Below, in pieces: positions 1 through 7,623 of a DNA stretch of 64,000 nt (position 1 is its first letter; every line of letters starts with the position of its first letter). The notes beneath the pieces were generated by a model. That model was not told the DNA's origin and did no database searches. It saw nothing but the letters and a program-made list of their open reading frames with translations. The stretch is taken from the IMG/VR virus record IMGVR_UViG_3300032084_001411, positions 2,484 to 66,483 of that record; one strand, written 5' to 3'. The stretch comes from a virus. A program made the translations under genes and the position numbers.

Positions 1-175
1 TCATAACCTAGATAAAATATCGTGCAGACAGAAAACCATTTCTTTTTCTGGGTATAGATACGGGCTTTTATCAGGTTGTATGGTTTTACACAATGAAAGA
101 TGGTTGCCTTTAGACAACATACGCGCCTTTGACGATAAAAGGTAACACCGAGAGGCAAGAAAGGATTAAAGAGAT

Positions 176-424
176 ATGGACAATGATATAAAATTCCCTG
201 AACGTATAAATAAGCTGGATGTTGAGCATATAAACCCGCCGGATATTGAGCGCAGTGATTATGACAAAGCTCTCTCTCGTGTTTGTTTCGGCGTAGGGTT
301 AGGCGGTGCATTATGCATATTAGGGTTGATAAACGAAGAAAATATGTTTACAGGGGTGTTTTTGTTAGCTCTCTGCTTAGGGATAAGTTATTTAACGTTT
401 GACGACGTACGAAAGGATTATTAA
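176..424 (+). CDS. hypothetical membrane protein
   Basis: 82-aa ORF with upstream AAGGA; two hydrophobic segments. Confidence 0.6.
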   Translation: MDNDIKFPERINKLDVEHINPPDIERSDYDKALSRVCFGVGLGGALCILGLINEENMFTGVFLLALCLGISYLTFDDVRKDY

Positions 425-426
425 AG

Positions 427-699
427 ATGCAAGATTATTTGGATAAGCTGGAAGCGGCTATTAATCACGAAGGTTATGATGAGGGTGTTATATATCATCA
501 TAACCCCGATATTTACAAAGCCGCCCAACACCTTGCAACGCTCATACGCAAGGAACTGGCGGGGGAGTGTAAGAGCGCTCCTTGCGTATTTACCACACCG
601 GAAATGTTTCGAGCAGCAAGGAATTATATTGGTGAATGCGCTTATAAAGAAGCAATATCCGCAGCCCCTTCCACACTTAAAGAATTGGTAGGTGAGTGA
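427..699 (+). CDS. hypothetical protein
   Basis: 90-aa ORF tightly packed in the + strand operon. Confidence 0.6.
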   Translation: MQDYLDKLEAAINHEGYDEGVIYHHNPDIYKAAQHLATLIRKELAGECKSAPCVFTTPEMFRAARNYIGECAYKEAISAAPSTLKELVGE

Positions 700-929
700 T
701 GATATTGTTTTTGAAAAATATGCTTAACTTAATTATTTTTGGCCACATCCACGAATGGGAAGATTTTAACAAAAAGCACATACGGGACATGAGTTTTGGG
801 GGGCCGGGGCATCAAACACTTCTCACCCATATGTAACAGAGGATTGGGCCTGTGAAGAAAGACAAATAGCTTTAGATGTTCACGTACCTATAATTCGTGC
901 AGCACTTCTAGCTGAAGAAGGAGATTAAA

Positions 930-1520
930 ATGGCTGAAACATGGTTTACTGCCGACACACATTTTAACCACAGAAATATACTGAAGTACAATCCTAATCG
1001 CAAGGATAACTTCATCTGCCCCACTGATGATAGTGACGCAGTGGAAGCTATGAATCAAGCGATTGTTGATAACTGGAATAGCGTAGTAAGTGTTAAAGAT
1101 ACTGTTTATCATTTAGGGGATGTTGCTTTCGGGAAACCGAAAGATTCTAAAAAATGGGTAGCTCAATTAAATGGAGAGATTCATCTAATAAGAGGTAATC
1201 ACGACTATAGTAAATATATAGAAGAATATGGCCGAGAATTAGCTTCGGTGCAGGATTATTTATTCTTAAAGAATTTACACAACCGTAAAGTTGTGTTATT
1301 CCATTTCCCCATCGTTAATTGGGATACTAAGTTCCACGGTTCATATCATTTCTATGGACACGTACATGGAGCGCCTGTTAAAGAGCTAGAAGGTACTCGT
1401 TCAATGGATGTAGGTATTGATACCCATCCAGAGATGAGGCCATATAATTGGTGTGAACTTTGGCTCGAAATGGAACAAATACAAACACCTAAAGAATGTC
1501 ATCATGGAAGGAAAAGTTAA
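930..1520 (+). CDS. calcineurin-like metallophosphoesterase
   Basis: Motifs ADTHFNH, HLGDV, RGNHD, FHFP, YGHVH; SD AGGAG. Confidence 0.9.
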   Translation: MAETWFTADTHFNHRNILKYNPNRKDNFICPTDDSDAVEAMNQAIVDNWNSVVSVKDTVYHLGDVAFGKPKDSKKWVAQLNGEIHLIRGNHDYSKYIEEYGRELASVQDYLFLKNLHNRKVVLFHFPIVNWDTKFHGSYHFYGHVHGAPVKELEGTRSMDVGIDTHPEMRPYNWCELWLEMEQIQTPKECHHGRKS

Positions 1521-1804
1521 TGTTCGTATTAAAGAAACTTGAAATTGAAAAAGATGAAATCTCAATGGTTCCATCTGGGCACACTACACGCGCCCCTTTA
1601 CCTAAGCTTTTTCATTGGAAAAGACCTGAGGAGGGCCAGAAACAAATAAGTTCTGTTGGAGAGGTAAAAGTTGGCTACCAACTGATGTTAAGTTCCTTAA
1701 CAGCTTACCATGTAACTTCCGAGATTAAAGAAATTGTTTCTGTAGAACCGAAACGAGTTGTGTTTAAAACACAAACATCTTTGTATGAACTGAAGGAAGA
1801 GTAA
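1520..1804 (+). CDS. hypothetical protein
   Basis: ATG overlaps the upstream TAA (TAATG coupling). Confidence 0.6.
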   Translation: MFVLKKLEIEKDEISMVPSGHTTRAPLPKLFHWKRPEEGQKQISSVGEVKVGYQLMLSSLTAYHVTSEIKEIVSVEPKRVVFKTQTSLYELKEE

Positions 1805-1809
1805 AAACT

Positions 1810-2097
1810 ATGAAAATATCTAGTTTAATAAAAGAATATTTGAGTTTAATACGTTCAGACCACCATAAAGACAGGGATTGTCATTTCTATATAAATCATG
1901 TCTATTCTTACGGAGATAGTCCTTACTATAGGATAGAACATCATGGGTACATAAATGAGTTGCCAAGAGATTTGTTTGAGAAAAAATTTTGGTCCTATGA
2001 AGAAGCCAAATACCACTTAATTGACTGGTTACAAAAAATTATTAAAGAAGAGAAATACAGGTTAGAAAATTTAGGAGATAATGCACATGAACAATAA
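1810..2097 (+). CDS. hypothetical protein
   Basis: 95-aa ORF in operon. Confidence 0.6.
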   Translation: MKISSLIKEYLSLIRSDHHKDRDCHFYINHVYSYGDSPYYRIEHHGYINELPRDLFEKKFWSYEEAKYHLIDWLQKIIKEEKYRLENLGDNAHEQ

Positions 2098-2488
2098 CCT
2101 TAAAGAATCTATTAATATTCTAGTTAATGAATGTTATTTAAGTGCAGAAGCAGGGGGCTGGTGGAAAAACCCTGATGGGTCTAAAAGAAACCTAGACCCG
2201 ACAACATATGAAGGTAGTCTAGGAATTGCTTGGCCCCTTCTATTACAGATATCTGAGATTGTAGAAGCTGCTGAAGCAGTTAGAAAAGGCAATCTAAAGG
2301 ATGATAAACTACCACATCGTTCTGGCTTAGAAGTTGAGCTTGCTGACGCTGTTATTAGGATTGCTGACCTCTGTGGCGGTCTTGAGTTAGATTTAGCGGG
2401 TGCTATTGTGGATAAATTAGAGTATAATAAAACCCGTTCTGACCATAAACCGGAAAACAGAAAGAAGGCTGGCGGGAAAGTATTTTAA
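2081..2488 (+). CDS. MazG-like nucleotide pyrophosphohydrolase
   Basis: SEIVEAAEAVRK...EVELADAVIRIADL...KLEYNKTR pattern. Confidence 0.85.
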   Translation: MHMNNNLKESINILVNECYLSAEAGGWWKNPDGSKRNLDPTTYEGSLGIAWPLLLQISEIVEAAEAVRKGNLKDDKLPHRSGLEVELADAVIRIADLCGGLELDLAGAIVDKLEYNKTRSDHKPENRKKAGGKVF

Positions 2489-2692
2489 ATGTTCCAAGTA
2501 CTTAAAAATAGACGAGAACAATATATAGAGAAACGTTACCTTCTTTTAAAAGAAAAGTATGAAAAAGGGTGTTCTTTTAGCGATAAGATTTTTAATAAAT
2601 TTATTGACCTAGAGATTAAATATAATGACATCCAGAAAAAGAAAAGGAATAAATTAAATGTTGTCTCTATTAAAGGTACTGATTCTAGCTAG
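2489..2692 (+). CDS. hypothetical protein
   Basis: Abuts the upstream stop; basic 67-aa ORF. Confidence 0.45.
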   Translation: MFQVLKNRREQYIEKRYLLLKEKYEKGCSFSDKIFNKFIDLEIKYNDIQKKKRNKLNVVSIKGTDSS

Positions 2693-3119
2693 TCTACTTT
2701 CCATTTCTAGCCCCGTACAGGCCGATGAAAAACAATTAGAGTGTCTAGCTAAGGTAGTCTATCATGAAGCCCGTGGAGAGCCTTTAAAAGGGCAAGAAGC
2801 GGTAGCTCATGTTGTTATGAATCGGGTTAACTCCCCAAAATTCCCAAATACTATATGTGAAGTTGTTAAACAGAAACGCCAATTCACTGGATTTAACAAA
2901 AGAACCAATTACAATAATTTTGAAGGGAAATTATGGGATAACTCTATGACTTCGGCTGCTTTAGTATATCTAGGAAAAAGCAAAGACAACACTAAAGGGG
3001 CTTTATTCTACCTAAATCCTAATAAAGTTAGTAAAAAAACGTTGACTTCTTGGAAAAGAAAGTATATTGTACTTGTTAGAATACATAATCATAAATTCTT
3101 TGGTGTAAAGGAAGTTTAA
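2658..3119 (+). CDS. SleB-like cell wall hydrolase (Hydrolase_2) with signal peptide
   Basis: CLAKVVYHEARGEP..GQEAVAHVVMNRV..FPNTICEVV..QF; N-terminal signal peptide ending VQA. Confidence 0.9.
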   Translation: MLSLLKVLILASLLSISSPVQADEKQLECLAKVVYHEARGEPLKGQEAVAHVVMNRVNSPKFPNTICEVVKQKRQFTGFNKRTNYNNFEGKLWDNSMTSAALVYLGKSKDNTKGALFYLNPNKVSKKTLTSWKRKYIVLVRIHNHKFFGVKEV

Positions 3120-3122
3120 ACA

Positions 3123-3497
3123 TTGATAGATAATAAAGGTGTAAAACACGATGAGGGTAAGCCTCGAATGGATTTAATACCCCCGGAGGCTATGTTTGCT
3201 TTAGCTACTATCTTAACTCTGGGAGCTAAAAAATATGAAGAACGGAACTGGGAAAGAGGAATGGACTGGGGGAGGGTATTCGCTGCTAGTATGAGACATC
3301 TCTGGTGCTGGTGGGGTGGTAAAGGACCTACATCTAAATCCTTTCTTTTCGGGAGCTTAGATGAAGAATCCCAATACTCGCATCTATGGCATGGCCTAGC
3401 GTGTATAGTGTTCCTAGTAACGTATGAAGAAAGAAGTATCGGTATAGATACACGAACAACACAAATAAGTGAGGGCCAAAATGGAGTTAGTAACTAA
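3123..3497 (+). CDS. dATP/dGTP diphosphohydrolase domain protein (DUF5664-like)
   Basis: KHDEGKPRMDLIP..GAKKY..NWERG..RHL..DEES..HL.H signature. Confidence 0.85.
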   Translation: MIDNKGVKHDEGKPRMDLIPPEAMFALATILTLGAKKYEERNWERGMDWGRVFAASMRHLWCWWGGKGPTSKSFLFGSLDEESQYSHLWHGLACIVFLVTYEERSIGIDTRTTQISEGQNGVSN

Positions 3498-4605
3498 AAA
3501 AGTTAACCCACATCAATTATTCGACCAATCCCCTTTAAGTAAATCTTTAAACCTCTATATGAAGACGGAGGCTTCTCCTACAGACAATATAATAATTGCT
3601 GGTGGGGCGGCTAGACATTTATATAACGGGTCAAATTACGATGATATAGATGTATATGTTCTTGGGCAATCTGAGGATATTAAATGGGGTATAGCCCACC
3701 GAATATATAATTTTATAAAATCTGAAAATAGTAGAATCAGTGTAGAGTTTTCAACTCCTAGAAATGTTCCTACTATTTCATCGGAAGGGCAACCAGCTAT
3801 TCAAATTATTCCTTTTAATACAGCTTCTAGTTTAGATGAGTTATTTGGGGGTTTTGATTTTACATGTTGTTGTTTTGCTCTTATTAAAGACCTGTTAATT
3901 TACCCGAAAAATAGTGCTATACACCATGAAAAGAAGAAACTATTCTGGACTGAAGGGGTGTTGAACTCTGTAGAAGGTTCTAATTTAGAAAATAGATTTT
4001 GGAGAATACAAAAATATCTTAAAAAAGGGTATAAATTTGGTAAAGGACAAGGGGATTTATTCTTTGATATGCCTTGGAATCCTCAGTTAGAAGAAACTGT
4101 AGTAGGGGACCGCATTAGAAATCAAAGTAGTGGTTCGGACACGGCAAGCCCCCCAGTATCTAGTCAACCTATACTTTTTCCTACAACAGAGGAAATAACT
4201 TCTTCTGATTATCTTTCGAGCCTTATGCATCTTGATAATCTTGAAGACCCCCCTTCTGTCTCTGCAGCTTTAGATGATAACAGAATCGTATTCGCAGAAT
4301 TAAATGAGGATAGAGCGGCCCCTGTCTTTGTCCGTGGTTTTAATGTAGCTGCTATACATGAAGCTTTCAGAAATGCTCTTTCTGAAGAGGAGATTACCGA
4401 CCAAGATTCAAGACGTATTCTTAATGCGGATGGGTTGTCCGTAGAAAACGATTTAAATTCTTTTCTTGGCCGGGGCTTTACATGTCGCTACACAAAATTA
4501 GATGGGGCTGGCTATGAAATTTTCTTTTCTGAAGCGGAAGCTTTAAGGATTGAGCTTTTAGAGAACATTCACCAACTAGTTGATAGAGAAAGTGCTAATG
4601 GATAA
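3481..4605 (+). CDS. nucleotidyltransferase-fold protein (polyA polymerase/CCA-adding head-like) with acidic C-terminal domain
   Basis: IIAGGAARHLY..DDIDVY, IQII, FDFTCC, RIQKYLKKGY motifs. Confidence 0.7.
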   Translation: MELVTKKVNPHQLFDQSPLSKSLNLYMKTEASPTDNIIIAGGAARHLYNGSNYDDIDVYVLGQSEDIKWGIAHRIYNFIKSENSRISVEFSTPRNVPTISSEGQPAIQIIPFNTASSLDELFGGFDFTCCCFALIKDLLIYPKNSAIHHEKKKLFWTEGVLNSVEGSNLENRFWRIQKYLKKGYKFGKGQGDLFFDMPWNPQLEETVVGDRIRNQSSGSDTASPPVSSQPILFPTTEEITSSDYLSSLMHLDNLEDPPSVSAALDDNRIVFAELNEDRAAPVFVRGFNVAAIHEAFRNALSEEEITDQDSRRILNADGLSVENDLNSFLGRGFTCRYTKLDGAGYEIFFSEAEALRIELLENIHQLVDRESANG

Positions 4606-4795
4606 AAAATTTAAATTACCAAAAAGAATAAAAGAGAATACGAATAAACCTATAGAAATTGAGGCTATGCTCCTCGAACAAGAATATATGAAGTTACTCG
4701 AAAAAGGTACTCTAGATGAATACGAAGAGTTTCTTTTAGATTATTACCATAAGAGATGTAATAAATTGTGGACTAAAATAGCGAGGAAATCATAA
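4598..4795 (+). CDS. hypothetical protein
   Basis: Short ORF coupled to both neighbours. Confidence 0.5.
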   Translation: MDKKFKLPKRIKENTNKPIEIEAMLLEQEYMKLLEKGTLDEYEEFLLDYYHKRCNKLWTKIARKS

Positions 4796-7623
4796 TGCCA
4801 AGTAAATATACTAACCTATCCTGTCCTTTATGTGATAGTTCTGATGCGGGAGCTATCTATCAAAACATAGACGAGAAATCCGGGGAACCTTTTTTCATGT
4901 TTCGGTGTATGAGCGGTAATCACGCTGACCACCCCAATAATATAAGAATTGAAGACGCTGACAACTATGAAGAGGAAATTATGAACCCTAAAGGTATTCA
5001 AAAGCAACCTTCTGAACCTAGAATGGAGTCTATTGGCTTACTAAATACAGGTAAGTACGAGGACTTAGATAATTCTGATGACCCTTGGGGTTATAGAGGA
5101 TTAACTGCTGAAACTCTAGAATATTACGGAGTTAGTGTTGCTGAGGATGTTGCTTTAACCAGAAATAGGAAAGTTATTGAACAACGTATGGCCGACAACC
5201 TCTCTACTCGCGGGAAAGGACTGGTATTTCCTTATTATTCTAGCGTTGACAACACTTTAATATGTCAAAAAGTACGTACTGCTGTAGACCGTAAAGGAGC
5301 TTGGTATAAAGCTGATAGCACTAGTGTTAGCATGGCGGGTTTCTTTGGGCAGAATCTGTTTAACGCTAATGTTCTAAACGAGATTGCAGTGACTTTTGGA
5401 GAGATGGACGCTATGGCTGTTCACCAAATGGTAGGTGTGCCAACAGTCAGTGTTTCTAATGGGGACCAAGCCGCTCAAGGACAATTTAGGAACGAGTATT
5501 CTTGGCTGTCTAAATTTGATAGAATTATTCTCATACCTGACAATGATGAGTCTTGTCGGTCTATCGTCCCTCTTCTAGGCGCTGTATTTCCGCGTAAGAT
5601 TCGAGTAGTTGAATTAACTAAATATAAAGACCCATGTGAATATTTGATTAACAAGGAGAGGCAGTTATTTGCAGAAGAATTTTATGCTGCTCAACCGTAT
5701 TCCCCTGAAAAGATTATTAACTTATACTCACTTAAAAAGTTGATTTTTGAGGACCCGCCTGAACCTCTAGCGGACTACCCTTGGGAAGGTGTGAATAAAA
5801 AGACAGGTGGAATTTGGGCGGGGGACCTTGTGGTTTTAAAAGCCTTCCCAAAAGTAGGTAAATGCTTCGGCAAGGACACCCCTGTTCTTATGTGGGACGG
5901 TTCTGTTAAAAAGGTGCAAGATGTTAAGGAAGGCGATTTGTTGATGGGTGATGATTCTACCCCTAGAGAAGTAAAATCTTTAGCTAGAGGTAGAGAAAAT
6001 CTTTATAAAGTTAAACAGAATAAACGTATGGATTATGTAGTTAATGAGTCCCATATAATGTCTGTAATGAAAACAGGTTCGTATGAAACTAAAGATGTTC
6101 CGCTATTAGAATACTTAGAAATGCCTCAAAGAGAAAGATGGAAAGGATACGCGGCCCCTGTCTTCAAACAAGATATTGAGGATACTGAAAGACCCAATCT
6201 ATCTTGGGACGCGCAGGTATTGGGCTTGTGGTTGGGCGATGGTACGTCTTTAGAACCTAGCTTTACTACTACTGATGACGAGATAGTTGATTATCTACAA
6301 GAGTATGCGCAATCTCGGGGCATGGAATTCGGCTATAGAAACGGCCCTGACGATATTATATACCGTTTTAAATCAGGTGAGGCGGGAAATAACTACTTCT
6401 TAAACTTGCTTAAAAGACTTGAACTTTTGGGGGATAAACATATACCAGATGAAGTTTATTTCTGGCCTGATTCCGCTCGTTTAAGTTTACTAGCTGGCCT
6501 ATTAGACTCTGACGGACATTTAATTAAAAATATCGACGGGGATATAACTTGTGTAGAAATTGTTCAGAAAAACAAATACCTAGCAAAAGGTATAGTGAAG
6601 TTAGCACAGTTCTGTGGTTTTCGAGCTTCCATGTATCAAACTGAAAAATCATGCACATACAAAGGGGAAAAGCGCACTGGTACTTACTACCGTATATTTA
6701 TTAATGGAGACTTACACAAAATTAATGGCGTTCTACCTCATAAACAAACATACGGGTTTAGAAATAAACGTAACCCCCTTATAACTGGTATAGAAGTAGA
6801 GGCTATTGGTATCGGGGATTACTATGGGTTTGTTTTAGATGGTAACCACAGGTTTTTACTTTCTGACTGTACTGTAGTCCATAACACCACTGTTAGTTCT
6901 GAAATTGTTTATCATCTAAATAAGACAACAGACTACCCTATCGGTCTTATCTTTTTAGAAGAAACTCAAAGAGACTTGATTGTTAGATTTGCTACTATGG
7001 AACTTAATAAGAACTTACAGGTGAGTGGTATATTTAGGGATACTGACCCTTCTGAAATTGAAAAAGCTATTGATGTAACCCTTAGCAGTGAGAAAATTAC
7101 TTTACTAGACCATTTTGGGTCTTGCTCTTCTGATTTCCTAGAAGAGAAAATTAAAGAGTTTGTCTTAGCTAAAGGGTGCCAATTCATCTTTTTCGACCAC
7201 ATATCTATGGCCATTACCGACGATACTAACAAGGACGAGAGACTTGCTTTAGATAGACTTGTGGCCTCTATTAAAGCCTTAACAGTCGGGATAACAGACT
7301 CTATTACAATTCCAGATGAAGAGAACGGGGGCACTAAACAAGAGCAGATTACACGCCAACCTACAGTGTTCATGGTTACCCATGTTAACGACGATGGTAA
7401 GCCTAGAGGTTCCCGCGCTCCGATTCAAATGTGTAATACAATGATTTCTTTGGAAAGGGATAAGAACGCATCGGACGATAATAGCCGCAACACTCTGAAG
7501 CTTTTTGTGGAAGAGAATCGTAGGTTCGGGGATACGGGGTTGGCCAGTGTCCTATCTTATAGCCCCTCTACTGGCCGCTTAAATGAAGTCCCATTAGAAA
7601 ATGAAGGGGAAAGACATGACTAA
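4795..7623 (+). CDS. T7 gp4-like DNA primase-helicase, intein-containing
   Basis: Zn ribbon CPLCDSSDA, TOPRIM GEMDAMA/PDND/KDPCE, Walker A AFPKVGK|T split by intein, FLEE, FDHIS, VTH, RGS, NRRFGDTG. Confidence 0.95.
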   Translation: MPSKYTNLSCPLCDSSDAGAIYQNIDEKSGEPFFMFRCMSGNHADHPNNIRIEDADNYEEEIMNPKGIQKQPSEPRMESIGLLNTGKYEDLDNSDDPWGYRGLTAETLEYYGVSVAEDVALTRNRKVIEQRMADNLSTRGKGLVFPYYSSVDNTLICQKVRTAVDRKGAWYKADSTSVSMAGFFGQNLFNANVLNEIAVTFGEMDAMAVHQMVGVPTVSVSNGDQAAQGQFRNEYSWLSKFDRIILIPDNDESCRSIVPLLGAVFPRKIRVVELTKYKDPCEYLINKERQLFAEEFYAAQPYSPEKIINLYSLKKLIFEDPPEPLADYPWEGVNKKTGGIWAGDLVVLKAFPKVGKCFGKDTPVLMWDGSVKKVQDVKEGDLLMGDDSTPREVKSLARGRENLYKVKQNKRMDYVVNESHIMSVMKTGSYETKDVPLLEYLEMPQRERWKGYAAPVFKQDIEDTERPNLSWDAQVLGLWLGDGTSLEPSFTTTDDEIVDYLQEYAQSRGMEFGYRNGPDDIIYRFKSGEAGNNYFLNLLKRLELLGDKHIPDEVYFWPDSARLSLLAGLLDSDGHLIKNIDGDITCVEIVQKNKYLAKGIVKLAQFCGFRASMYQTEKSCTYKGEKRTGTYYRIFINGDLHKINGVLPHKQTYGFRNKRNPLITGIEVEAIGIGDYYGFVLDGNHRFLLSDCTVVHNTTVSSEIVYHLNKTTDYPIGLIFLEETQRDLIVRFATMELNKNLQVSGIFRDTDPSEIEKAIDVTLSSEKITLLDHFGSCSSDFLEEKIKEFVLAKGCQFIFFDHISMAITDDTNKDERLALDRLVASIKALTVGITDSITIPDEENGGTKQEQITRQPTVFMVTHVNDDGKPRGSRAPIQMCNTMISLERDKNASDDNSRNTLKLFVEENRRFGDTGLASVLSYSPSTGRLNEVPLENEGERHD
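5863..6885 (+). mobile_element. LAGLIDADG intein (341 aa) in helicase Walker A
   Basis: CFGKDTPVLMWDG start, VNESHIM block B, LGLWLGDG and LAGLLDSDG, ends TVVHN|T. Confidence 0.95.

Noticed and set aside
6966-7373. 135-aa antisense ORF within the helicase
   Set aside because: Ser/Leu-rich shadow of the sense gene with no motifs.
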